64,000 nucleotides of DNA from Ostrea edulis (taxonomy: Eukaryota), in contig NC_079164.1 in NCBI RefSeq assembly GCF_947568905.1, positions 45,012,001 through 45,076,000 of the forward strand, written 5' to 3'. The translations under genes and the position numbers were made by a program. Of this stretch, positions 25,101-39,488 are shown one piece after another. The stretch's first letter is position 1. The number at the start of each line of letters is the position of its first letter. The notes below the pieces were generated by a model. The model was not told where the DNA came from and searched no databases. It saw only the letters and a list, made by a program, of their open reading frames with translations.

Positions 25101-28100
25101 AAAGTCAGAGGGTTGTTAAATCCTAGTGACATTATCTGTGTCTTCATGCTTGTTTTTGCATCATCATTTGAAAGAAAAGTACTGGCCAAATTGGTCAACC
25201 TTGCAGAATTCTAAAAGTTTAAAAACAAATTCACCATCAGTCTTCAATAGCTTCTTTATTCTCATCACTTCGAAAATCTCACAAAATTTTTATTTTTTGT
25301 TATTGATGATGGCTAGGTCTACAGAGACTCAAAATTATCAAAAATGATATCATGAATAGTAATGCATCCAGTTTTAATTTACATACTACATAATTTTGGC
25401 AGAGAACTCTGAAAGCCTCAATGTCTTCATTGGTGGCTCCACTCTGCAGCAAAGACCTCACCCCAGCTTTGAAATCAGTTGGATCAAGTCTGTAAACCAA
25501 CATACATGTACATATGTATTGTTAAAAAGATTGAACTATGTACAATTCCATCAACTTTCAATCATCCACTTGCTTAACTTGTTAGCATGAAATGAAGTAA
25601 TCACAAAACACAAATAAATGTTGAAATCTTTACTAGTGAAACAGTTATATTGATATTAAACAACATCTTTTTGGCATTTGCAATATTTACTGTGACAGAT
25701 TGGTGGATCGTCGTTTCCTCTTTTTTGTGGTACATGATGTTGTATTTATATAACTGTTATCATCAATCAATGAATACGTTGTTGGGGAAGTGTCACGTAT
25801 AGTTAGAGATGCTGAGATTTCATGAGTATCATTAACTTTTGTCTTGGAGTAGTCAAGACTAAATGTGGGTGTACTCCCAATAGTCTCTGTAGCTGAAATT
25901 CCTGTAATAGTAAAGATATAATTCAGCTCCCCATGCTAACAAGTGCACATAGTATCATCAAATAGATAGTTTCATTAAAGTTCTTTCCTAATTGTTCATT
26001 CAGGTTAACCTAATCATATCATATGTTCTTCATCACTTGACTTCAATTGAAAATCGGCAAAATGAAAAATATATCAGTCAAAAAATAAATTTTGAAGCTA
26101 AAACAAAGTATCTATTTAAAGATTGTCTAAATGAAAATTTTGAAAAGTTGACATCTGATTAAAATCTTTGACAAATGACAATTTTTTGGGAAAATGTAGA
26201 ATTTGAATTGGTCAGCCTCAAAGTCATTAACGAAAATTGTTGTTTCTTAGAAAGAAAGAAAATTGAATTGAATCTTACCATCTGTTAAAGATGACAGAGC
26301 CTTGCTGTATTCTTCATTTTCAATTTCAAAATCAACACTATTGCTTCCACAGTTGACTCGGATTTTGAAGTAGATATTTCTAGAGCCCAAATCAAAGACA
26401 GTGCTAAGACAACACTCAATTCCTGAACAGTCTGGTAGAATGCCACAATTGTTTTGTCCATCGATTGGAAGATTGAATTCAGGGCAACCTCAAAGAAAAT
26501 TATAAACATTAATGAAAACACCTTTTCAAAACAACTTGCTTTGTTTTAAAAAAAATAGTAATAATATAATTTTTTTTAATTACAGTACTACTTGTCTATC
26601 ATATAGATTATGAAATACATGCAGGTATCTATCCTGCATTTTAGAAGCCGTATAACTTAACAGTTCTTTTTATAAAATCAAAACATGTCTGATTTCATTT
26701 AAGTCTACACTGTACTAACCTGATGTATCATAAGTAAATCCAGTGCACTGTGTGAGCTTCCAAAGTCCAAATGGTACCCCTAAATTCATAGATTAAAAAA
26801 AAAAGAAATATTTAGAATGAACAACCTCTCTCTCAAGATCCAATATGTTACATATAGTGTACAGTCAAACCTGTGTTAAAGGGCAACAATGAACACACAA
26901 AAGTAATCACTTATGGCATATTATCATTCATTTGATTTAAATCTATTGTAGATACTTTGTCTAGTAAACAATATACAAAAGGTTTGGAAACAATTTCTGA
27001 CAACTTGCAAGTTCCTCTCCTGCAGGTTGAGAACAAAATGATGTATTTTTGCACAAGAACATTGTCAACATACTGTAATATGTATGGAAGACAATATCAT
27101 ATTTAAGTCTGTTTGAATTCATGAATATGCAGAGATGCTTCAAGATACTTAGATGGCACAATGTTACAACTTAAACTTTAATTATTCCATAATTATCAGT
27201 TAAATCCCCCCCACCATTTCATTTACATTGCATCCATGAGATGTTACCAAGATTTCCAAACCAATAAAATTAAGTTAAACACACTGGCCGAATTAGTAAT
27301 GTAATCCATATATTAAAAGGAAAATTTGACTGCCATTCTTTAATCATTTAGCATAAACAGCTTTTATGTTTAGAACAATTCAGCATCCCATCTATAGTTT
27401 GGGTTTAAAGAGTTTCATACTGGAAATATATCAAACATGTATTACATGACTAAAACAAACATGTGGATTATATGTAGATATAAACAACTATTGCACAATT
27501 AAAACAAGCATGTGGACTTCATTAATATTGGTATAAACAGTTATTGTATGAGCAAAATGTGCATGTGGACATGCAGGTATAGATTATTCAGGTAATTATA
27601 ATTGTACTGCATTTTGTAGAAAAATTAAAATATGCATTAAAAAGAATAGACATAAAAAAAACAACCTTATCATGGAATTTAAAATTTGTCATTGAATAAA
27701 GTAGGTTTGATTGTACCATTACTGAAAGCATTCTAAATTCCTTCAGTATATCAAACCTGGCATGTATATTGCTGAAGGTGGTGGTGTACAGACTTCATAG
27801 CCAAGCTGATAATTCATCTCAACATCAGTACATGAACCGGCATCATAGCACAAACTGACTTTGCCCTGGACTGCAAATGTGGATGTTGCAGGATTGTGCG
27901 ACACTTTGTAACTGAAAAAGTTTAAAGTGAGGCAAGAATTGTGGCAAGTACAGTTCAAGGAGCGGACCGCATTCGTTTGAGGCTTTATTTTGATTAACTT
28001 ACCCCCACTTTACAACACCATGGATTTGTATTTCTTCATCTGTCCCTATAAATGTAAATGCCAATCAAATGAAGTCTAAGCCTAACTGAAAGCCATTAAT

Positions 28101-31100
28101 AATTGTGAATTTTGTGTGTTGTGGTAAAACTTGTTAACAAGCCTGGAAATTATTAGTTATGCAGACAATTAGAGGGGTAATATGGAAACATATGAGGTCC
28201 TTGAGGGTGAGGGTGGTTTTTTCTTCAGGGATCCCATATATTTCTGGATTACCCCTCTAAGTGTCTACATAACAAATTTATCCTGTCAATGATTTTACAT
28301 TAATTAAGGAATATTAAAATTATTCTTTCTTGATGCTTTATTAAACATACAACAATACTAAATGACTGCAACATATATATTCTTGAGATACTTTATCAAA
28401 TGTTCAACAATGAAAAAATGGCTGCAACATTTACACCACCAACAACGGAATAAAATAAGTTTTTCAACAAACTGCAAATTCAAAAATAAATTTGTTTTCA
28501 TACTTTAAAATGTTACCTATGACATCATAATATGCACTGACTAATTTCTAGTGACAGGGTATAGTCATATTCTCATGATGTCATAATACACATGTGGTCA
28601 GTAAACGGCATATTGGCAATATTAGGTTAGTAAGAGGCACTCTATCGTTGTATATAAGAGGAACTCGTAGTATTAGTTTCAGATAAGGGCTGTTCCAGAA
28701 ATGATCAAATGGGGGGGTCGGGCGGCAAATGATATTTTTTTGTGTGGGTGGTCGTATTTTTTCATATTTTATTTGGTCCGTGGTTAGACTGTTAAAAAAA
28801 TATTTATTATGGGTAGTGGGTAGTTTCTATTGTTTTATTTTGTGCCACGTGGGTGTTGAGTTTTCAGAATATTTTTATTGTCGCTCTTGTCGTGTTGGTT
28901 ACAAAACGTCGGAGGGAAAATTGAAAACGTGCTTTCAAAATGCTGCTTTCGAAATCGGAAATCGGAAGTAACATAGAACTATTCGAGTTGTCGCTCTTTG
29001 CAGCGCATAACTTTCCATTACGGCACTCTTCAAATTAGAGGTGCATTTAGTAGGGTCCCCTTTGGACGTGATGGCGGCGAACTCTGTTTCCATACCCATT
29101 TCATGATAATAGCATCGTTTGGACTCCCAATCTTTCCAACATTCCCGCCATAGATGCCTTTAATTGTTGATGTGACATCGTTTCTTCAGAACTACTGTGA
29201 TACAATGTCGCACAGGCATTACCGCGTCATTGACTAGAATGTTTGTCCCGAAAACCTTGAGAGATTTGTACCGTTTTTATTTTTAAAAATATTTTGTGGT
29301 GGGTCTGGTTAGTTTTTTTTTTTTAATTAGATGGGTCATTGTAAAATGAGTTTATCTATTTGATAGGTCATGGGGTAATTTTTTATTTTTTTTTATGGGT
29401 GCTTGGTATATACAAAAGGTGCCTCCCGACCCCCCCCCCCCCCCCCATGTATTTATTTCTGGAATAGCCCTAATAAAATTTCAAGATTTTCATCAGAGGC
29501 AGGATAAATGTGTATTTAAATCTTTAAAATGCAAATTCCTTATACATGTATCTGTCTATGCACACTGTCACCTCATTACATCACCAGCTTTTATCCCAGC
29601 CTATTCTAGCATTACATCAAGGGTTGATTTATAAAGAGTTTCACTATTGAATTCATTAATCTAAAAGTAATGTGGTTAATAAATTAAGTAATTATTTTCC
29701 TTTTACTGTTGTTCAGAACATATGTAAATACATACAGGCATTTGATTCTTGAAATGTTTAGCAATTACTCTTAAAATTTCGTAGAGGGACGTTCGATCCG
29801 CACTAGTGCATTTGCAAAATACATTAGTCGGTGAAGTAGAACTGTTCATTTTTGTCATGGCAAGAGCTACAATGACAGAACATGGTGAGAGAGAGGTTGA
29901 CAAACACAGTGTATTGGCTGTAACTTTGTTTCTGGACCACAGAAATATGATGTCACACACATCAATACACACAAAAGGTCACTTAGTACACAAAATTACA
30001 ACAGCTGATAGTAGCTATATGTACATGAACAATGACGGTTTACTTTCTTTGTCGTTTAGGAGTGGCCATTCTAATGGTCAATTTTTTATTTCAAACTTCT
30101 GATCCTAGTGAGTTGCCCTTGTTATTGGTAATTTGACCTTTTGTGCATGAAAAACGGGTGGTAGATGGTGATAGGTGAGTTTGGCATTATAAAGTCTTTT
30201 TTTTTAGTGTGTATGGAAATGCGTTCCACACATTTCGATGATGGGAAGTGAAAGTGGCAATATACCGAGGTGACAGTGTATATGCATCTGTTTATGAAAG
30301 TGTTATAATGAATATGGTGGAGAAGAATTTTCACTTTATCAGCAAGATTTACTCATGATAAAGTTACTTATGTCTAAAGCAGATTTGCAGGTATATGTAC
30401 ATCTATATGCAACTGAAGAGGCCTCAAGAACTTAAAATTGGACATTGTTGAATACTGCTTTATATTCAGAGTCACCAGCAAATTTTGTCGAAGGGGACTT
30501 AAGGTTTGCAATCTGTCTGTCTGTATGTCAGTCTGGTAAATCAATTTTCCGCACTTTTTTGTCATGTTCGCAGATATTCATTTGATATTTGGTAAATTGC
30601 AATACCATGACAAGGAAAAGATCAAGTTTGAAATTTATTCTGGTCCACTGATTTTATACTGAGTCACGACCCTTGGACTTAGAAAATGAAAATACTCTGT
30701 TTTCTGCACTTTTTTGCGTGCATGTAGATAATTATTTGATATTTGGTACATTGCTTTACCATGACAAGTTACAGATCAAGTTTAAATTTTATTCCAGTCC
30801 ATTGATTTTTTTTGCCCAGTTATTGCCCTTGGACTTAGAAAATTAACACACTCAGTTTTCTGCACCTGTTTTTGTAATGTTTGCAGAAATTTGTCGAAAG
30901 ATTTTTTTAAAAGTTGGAAACTATGTATTGCCATACAATTCACTTTGAATGGTTGTTTTGAATGGTTTCTTGTCTAAATCCATGTTATTAAACTCAGTTT
31001 TAATGTCCATGCCATATAAATGTTTATGAATTTTAAATATAATATGTGGTATCAAATATTAAAATAGATTTGAAAAATATTTTGCTTTAATATTGTGTTG

Positions 31101-34100
31101 AGATCTGCAAATTATTAATTTTGGCCGATATACATGTAGTTTGATGAAAGAAAGGGGTATGTCTTCTGGTCAGAAAAGTAAGCAGTCAAGATGTGTATTG
31201 TTTGGCAATTTTAATAACACAAGGCGTTATTCTAATGATTTCAAGAAAGAAAAAAAACCCACTACTTTAACCAAAAAATTGTTATGTAGCGATCTACCTT
31301 AAAATTTTGTACTACAAGCTATATAGTAACACTTACATTGTACAAATACATGTAACATGATCTGTAGAACCATAATAATGATTTGAATGAATTCTTAAAA
31401 TCTTAAAAGATAATAAATAAGGTCACAGGAAGGTAAACATGCACAAGATTTTAAGTGTTTTATATCTAATTCTAAAGATACTTTTTGAGTGTTTTATACC
31501 GAATTTCAAAGATACTTTTTGAGTGTTTTACAACTAATTTCAAAGACACTTTTTGAGTGTTTTATACTTAATTTTAAAGACACTTCCTGGGATGGTAGCT
31601 ATCTTACTCAACAGGTCAAAGTTTTTGTTGATTTGAAAGTCAAGGTCACGGAAAACACTTTAGGAGTATGCCATGAAGTGAGAGGATGCACTATATTGCA
31701 GAACCAATCTTTCATACAATTGGAATTGTTAAAAGTATATGAAAAGCATAATTACCCCACACATAGTTGAAGAGTTCATTATCTTCCTTGGCTACTTGAT
31801 TTCCCACAACTGAATTAATTTTGTAAGTACATGTATTCATATCGAGTTCCATTTTGGTGTGCCGTTTAACTAGTGCTATATATACACAACATGTGACTTG
31901 CTCACAAGAAGCTGGTATGTGACATCTCACCAGGTTCTGTTGAGTTGGATCAGTCAACGATGCTGTTTTTGTTGTACAGTCTGAAAATTAAACGTGAATA
32001 TACGTCAAGTTCATTACAAGTACTGAATTTAAAAGACATGCCCACTTCAAAATAAATACCATTTTTCCATCCATTTGTAGCAGAGCCATAGGTTGTATCA
32101 GAGAGAGTACACTGATCTGTGTTGTACATAAAGTGGTCCAGTCCCAGTTCCATGTACAGACTGTCTGCCTGAGCCTCTGTTATAGAAGCCACATCAGCAA
32201 TGGACCGGGCACTCATCCAGTTGGTCAAAGAGAAAGCTAGAAAGACAAAAAAATACATGCATAAAAAAATGAAGTATGACTATCAATCAAATTTTCTACA
32301 CAAGTATTTCATCAGTTAATGGAGGTATGTTTCAGATTAACAACTATATCATATCCACTGTATATTCCAGTCTCCAATCTTAGGCTGTCCATTGTGGTCC
32401 ACACAGACTCGGGCTTAATACATTACCTGGGTCCAGAAATCCATCATTGTAAGTGCAGCTTTTCATTGAAAATTCTGTGTCCGTAAATATGGTGAAGCTC
32501 TCAGCACAAGCAGCACCATCTTCATAACACACATGGGCAGACATGTCTACTTTATATTTGTTATTGGCTGTGTCCTCTGTGATTTTGTACCTAAAATTAT
32601 ACAGGTACCTCAGCATTATCTTTAAGATTCTCTTTTTTTCATATGCAAACCATGCAAAGCATGAATTAAAGTAATTCATCAGATAATCTTTTTTACCCAC
32701 AATTTTCTTAAATAAATCAATTGAAAAAAAGTCCTCACCTCAATTCAAACATGCCCTTTAGAGACATTTTCTGTTCTGTACCTATAATACATACTTTAAG
32801 ATTATTTAAAGATAAATATTTTCAATATTCATGTAAATGAGAGATACAATAATATTGTTTTAATTGGTATATGATCATAGTTATTCTGTTATTCTTGAGT
32901 CAAACAAGAAAAAATCTGGGTTTGAACCTGCATTACTGCACTTCATCACACAACAGTGTCTAGACTTTATTTGTCATTCAGTTTGTCAGAAATAGAAACA
33001 TATCTTCAAAATATATCTGCATTCAATTGTACAATCAACTAGTAAGTAATAAAGAACAAGATTTTTAGTCTGACAACACAAACTTTGTACAATTCCTGGT
33101 ATGCCCATGATAAAAATGTATATGTTTCAAATTTAGCAAGTCGAGGAAAATATCAATATCTTATCCCTTATATTTTGTGATACTTTACTTTTGAGATCTT
33201 GCTTTGTCAGATTTATCAGCAAGACATTATTTAAAAATTTGCAAATATACAATATCTTTCATCACTAACTATATATATATGATTATAAAATGTTTTTTAA
33301 CAAAAACTCTCTTTTCACATTTATAAAGATTTGTGCGAAAATAAATGATTTACAGTACAAGTTTCACTAGCATCATAATATCTCTCTTCTTCTTGCATCT
33401 TATCATACATTAGTCATGACATTAATATCAACTCATCTTCACTCATACTACAGTTATGTCCATCAGATGGGACGTTAAAGGGTGTCCCGTGTCAAGGATC
33501 ACACCTCCCTTGACATGCAAAAGATCATTTCCCTCATTTTCAAAAAAGAGTACACTCACTGGGTGCCGTCAGGGAAACTAAAACACTCACAACCAAACAT
33601 ATTTCAATTAGTTAACCACCGTAAAATGCCTGAAATATTGCCAAAACGACATAAAACTGCAATCAATCATACTACAGTTGTCTGGATTCAAACATAACAA
33701 TGTTAAACATCAATCTTGATGTAGTACTATTGCATAAATACTGCAATACTATTGTACAATAATAGTCATGCTTGTTACTCTCTGAATGTAAACTTGGAAG
33801 TCCTTACATTCATTTACATTTCCTTGTTACTGTAGCCCTCTTCATTAAAGTGGAATTTTATTGCATTTCAACAACATAATCATAAAGACGACTCTAATGG
33901 AAATTTTTAAATGTTTGTGCATAAAACATGACAAGATATCATGATAGATACAGCAAGTCACCAGAGTAACTCTTGTGACCTATAGATAAATATCTTAAAA
34001 CTACGGGAAATGAAAATCACTTCACTGTAAGCATAAATTCATGATAAGCGGCATTTGCTCTATCCGTGTTTTACTGTATAAGTAAATTTGAGGTTTGGCG

Positions 34101-37100
34101 TTCACTCTATCCGTGTTTTACCTATAGTAAATTTGAGGTTTGGCGTTCACTCTATCTGTGTTTTACTGTATAGTAAATTTGAGGTTTGGCGTTCACTCTA
34201 TCTGTGTTTTACTGTATAGTAAATTTGAGGTTTGGCATTTGCTCTATCGGTGTTTTACCGTATAGTAAATTTGAGGTTTGATATATAAGGTAATGAAATT
34301 TATCTGTAAAATATGAAATTCAAAATCTTAAATTAAAAGGAAAAAAAGAACAAAACAAAAACGAAACAAAACCCCCAAAAACAACAACAACAAAAACAGA
34401 ATGCAAGTACAACATACCAAATGTAAAGTTGTGTAGGTAATGATTGACCGTTATTTTTTCTACAGTGATGTCCAGGTAATTCCGACACTGGCTGAAGACA
34501 AGAGATACTTCCACAGATTGACCAGACAGTCGAGAAACATCCAGGCAACATTTGGCTGCAGAGCAGATGGAAGGATTGTAGCATGTTATGGCTTCTCCTG
34601 TCAGGTTCCTTAGAGAGGGAGGACTGGTGCAATCTGATATAGTCAGAAATACACAAGCATTGTATTAAGTATGACACAGCACCAAAAAGACTATATCACT
34701 ATATAAATGTGACAAAGCTTTATCTGTAGTAAAGAAACCATCCATACAAAATCATTCAAAATACCCAATCACTGAGATAAAAAAAATATTGCAGTACTAC
34801 AGTAATAGCAACAAGATGTGTTTATGAAATAATATGCTTCCAAACATGGTCAAGTTCAAATTCAGCAAAATCTGACCTTTGACTCTGACCTCTCACATAG
34901 TTTTACCTTGACCTATCAATTCACAAAGCATGATAGTAGAGATGTTCATATTTTAGATAAATCATATAATTATAGGTAAATTAATTTCAAATGTGTTCTG
35001 ATAGATTATATAATCTTGATAATAAAAAAATCACAATTTAATGTATGCTCTATTCCCTTGCTCAAAATATTTAAGAAAAATTGAATTTCATGAGATTTTG
35101 CTAGGGGTACAAGTTTTTAAAAAAATAAGATTATGATAAACAACTGTTTTCATAAAGAGAATCTTGACATATTATCTATTAATTTATATGCCAAAAACAT
35201 GTATTTCCATATTGTTCAATGTTAAGGTAGCTCACTATACCTTGAAATTTATTTTGATAATTTATATGAACAAAAGGCTCCGGCAGATTTAACTCAGGAT
35301 CTGCAAGTCAGTAACTGGATACTTTATTAATGCACTGAGCTACGACAATAGACAAACAAACCGATCAACATATTATTAAATAATTTCCCAAAATGTTTAA
35401 ATCACCAATATGATGTAGTGTCAGACAGAGTATATTAGTCCTGGTGTTATGAGCCACCCTTAATTAATTAGTAATATTTTTAAAGTACGCACATATATCA
35501 TAAAATTATATGTCTATTGCTTATTTTTCAGATATTTTCCCAATGCATCATTTTCTATGTTGATATCCGTTAATGTAAAACCAGGTATTTCAGATCTAAT
35601 TTTCCTTTGATGAAATTTTTTTGGGGCTATTTATGTATCTTTGATGCTAGTAAACAGACCTAAACCTCCAATCTTTGATTTAAGAAGAGTAAAAAGTACT
35701 ATATCATACTAGAATTCCAGCCATCAAATCCAGCTGCTGAGTAAATTGGGTCTGTTGTTCTACTACAGGAAGGTGACTGCATCATGTTTTCAATCTCATG
35801 ATCTTTTAGGAGCTCTGACTTTTGGAAAGTTGATAGCGGATCAAGAGCAGCATTCAGACCTTGGTTTGTCAACCAGGTGGATAATCCAAATCCTTCAAAA
35901 ATTACAAAAATTGGCAATTTAACACTTGATTAATGAAACATTTATATTTGGAAAATGTTCTACCCAAATTAGTACAATTTAGTGAAATGTGACAAAATGA
36001 CAGAGAAAAACATTACCTTGGAGTCCAGTAGTCCAGTCACATACAGATTGTGTGATCTTTGTGTCCACTAGAACATTCTCACTTATAGTGCATGTGGCCG
36101 CTTCATAGCAGACTTGAATCTGTAGGTCTGCTACATACTTTCTCTGAACTACCAAATCCTCAAGATTCATCCTAGAAGCACACATTTATCAATTCATCAC
36201 AACTATACAGATATGTTACGGATCATCATCAATTGTTGTCAATAATACATATGTAGTATGTAAAATGTCCACAGATTTCAGTATCAATATTTTACAACTG
36301 TTACAGATTTTAGACTTACTTCCATCTTACAACTCCATTCAAATTAAACTCTTTGGATGACCCTAAAAAATAAAATAAAAATCTTTATGCAGCTTCAATG
36401 GCCATAAGCGCCGAGCATATTAGGCCTAAATTTTGTAGCCCTTCACCGGCAGTGGTGACGTCTCCACATGAGTGAAATATTCTCTCGAGGGACATAAAAC
36501 AATATTCAATCAATCAACCAATCTAGTCAAATTCTTTAAAACAATTTACATCCTTTATCCATGAACTTTTGCAAGTGGAATATTCCACTGGTTTCTTCAA
36601 AACAGCAGTTTACAACTTTTGATGGTTTCTATACCTAGAGCCACCTGTTAGTCAAAGAAAACAGTAACAAATTTCACGTTGACAGTACAGTAGAAAAACT
36701 GGAAAAAGGAATGTATGGGCAAGATCGGAGACATTTATATCAGAGATTAGTAACTTCCCCAAGTTTCGTATTAACTAAATTGCAGTCCAGTATTCCGATA
36801 AAAATGCATACGCTGATTTAAATTGTGAATTCCATCTTAATAATGAAAGATATTAAGTTATTAAGTTCAAATCTTCCAAATTCTATCATAAAAACATTCA
36901 AGATACAATATTTTTCAGAAGATGTTTCACTTCAAAGTAAAATGAAAGTGAAGTTTCTAAAAGCAACACATGACTCAAACTCAGAAAAATCAGCGAGAAT
37001 TTAGCAAATAACTATGATTTGCCAACTTTTTTGTTAATAGTATATTTGTTGATCAACTCATTTCAAAACTTGTTACGTTTGATTCTAATTCATAATAGGA

Positions 37101-39456
37101 GTGAAATAAACTTAAATCAACATCAATTTATCAAACTACATGTATAAATAGGAATTAACAATTTATAGGTGGGACTGTAACATATACTTTAAGCAGGAGA
37201 CATGCTGCCATAAGAGTTGCTTATTTCTGTTATCCATGTGTATGTCTCTGACAAGATATACCAAATTCTTCCATGAATGATTAGGACACTTTTTACCTAC
37301 CCAAACTGACAGCTGTGCTTTTGTTTCAAAATCAAAGACATAACAAATCTATCAAAATTGTCAGGAATGAGAACTAATAGAATATCAGTAATGTTGCTGG
37401 GTTGAATTTTCAAAATTTTGTCACATGAAGCAAAATCTGCAATTTCAGTGCAATTAACAAGAGGCTCACAGGCCTTATCGATCACCTGGGTATTAGTTAA
37501 AAATATCACAAGCCCCAAGGGCTATGAAATTTAGAATATTTTTCTACTCTGCATATCTAAACTAAATTCTGATATTCAGCAGCAGTATAAAACAAGATGT
37601 GTTCTCAATACACAAATGCCATCGAAAGTGACCATACTGATAAAAAGACTACATGAATATTATGTTATATCAACACTATATGACTTTTTTGGACCCTCCC
37701 CAGAGTCAAAACCCTGGTGTTGCAACATTCATAATCTCAATACATTACTTTTTGCTTTTCTTAAATATGCATTTAATTTTTACACAGTATCAGCAAAATT
37801 ATAAGTCTTTTAAATAATGAAAGACAATAATCGTTGAATGATTCCCTCGAAAGCAATAGGCTTCAGATTTTGTGGTTTCTTATAGTACATGTAATTAAAT
37901 TCTTATTTCCATTATACAAATAATGTATATGCTTCATGACAAAAATTATAGATTGCAACAGATAACCTAAAGTTTTAGTCTCACTTTGAAATTTTATATG
38001 AGCCAAAAAGAAAGAAAAGAAAGAAAAGATTGTTATCGGTATATAATCCTTTACCTGATAGTGTGTAAATGACTCATAAAGGTGACTATACAATGCATAG
38101 CATTTGTATATTTTGATACAATATTACGAATTGGACAGTTTTTATTTTTTATTTCAATATGTTGTATTGATCAGACATGATTTTACAGAAAGATAAAAAA
38201 AAAAAAAAGCGGAAGTGGGGGGGGGGGGGGGGGTGTATCTAGGGCCAGCAATATTTTTCTCTCAATTAAAAGCCAGAGACGTTGCCAGAATCACTCAATA
38301 TACAGTACTCCTTAAGGTTAATGTTTTTTGTTTAAATCTGGCAATTGCCTTTCATCATGCCTACCCCATGAATAATCCAGAAGATCAGTTGTATCTTTCA
38401 GTTTGTCAATCCTTGCTTCCATTTTATATCTGCAGAAGTTAAATTTTGTGACGGTTTCAACATGGCGTTTTACTGGTGCCAGGTACATACAACAAGAGAT
38501 CTGATCACATGATGAAGCAATGTGACAACGGATTTCTGCTGGATTGGAAATGTTTCCCAGTGTTGAGGTTGGAATTCCACTTAGACATTCTAATGAAGCA
38601 AAACAAGTTACATACAGTTTACATAATGTCTTCATTCTTCCCAAAAGAGAGAAGAAATACAGACAAGAGGCTCATAGGCCACATCGCTCACCTGAATCAC
38701 CTTGGCCCATATATAAAGATTTTCCCTGTATATTCGCATGTAAAACTTTGATCCCCATTGTGACTCCAACCTACCCCCAGGACCCATGATTTTTGCAAAC
38801 TGGAATCTGCATCATGTCAGGAAGCTTTCATGTAACTGTACACTTTCTGGCCCATTGGTTCTTGAGAAGAAGATTTTTAAAGATTTTTCTTATATATCTG
38901 TATGTAAAAGACCCCCGGGGTCAGTGATGTTAACAAACTTAAATTTGTATTATGTCAGGACGCTTTCATATAAAAGTAAACTTTTCAGGCCCAATGGTTT
39001 TTGAGAAGATTTTCCCTCTGTATTTGTAAGTAAAATCTTTATTCCCTATTGTGGCTCCATCCTACCTCCAGGGGTCATGATTTTAACAAACTAAAATCTA
39101 CACTATGTCAGGAAGCTTTCATGTAAATTTGTACTTTCCTAGTCCAGTGGTTTTTCAGAAGATTTTTAAAGATTTTCCCTAAATATTTGCATGTAAAACT
39201 TTGATCCCCTATTGTGGCCCTATCCTACCCCCGGGGGCAATAAATTTTACAAACTTGATTCTGCACAATGTCAGGAAGCTTTCATGTAAATCTCAGCTTT
39301 TCTGCCCAAGAATTTCTTGAGAAGATTTTCAAATGCCCCCCCCCCCCTCCCCTATTTTTGCAGTTTTGTGATGATCTCCCCTTTGAAGGGGGCATGGCCC
39401 TTCATTTGAACAAACTTGAAAGCCCTTCACCCAAGGATGCGTTTTGCCAAGTTTGT

Positions 39457-39488
<32 letters not shown>

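Noticed and set aside
28729-28971. 80-aa ORF and its 102-aa counterpart at 44016-44324
   Set aside because: Both lie in the non-autonomous Harbinger MITE, have low-complexity composition and show no transposase motifs.
34050-34280. Regular 46-bp repeats as a possible CRISPR array
   Set aside because: Head-to-tail repeats with no unique spacers, in a eukaryotic intron, and no cas genes.
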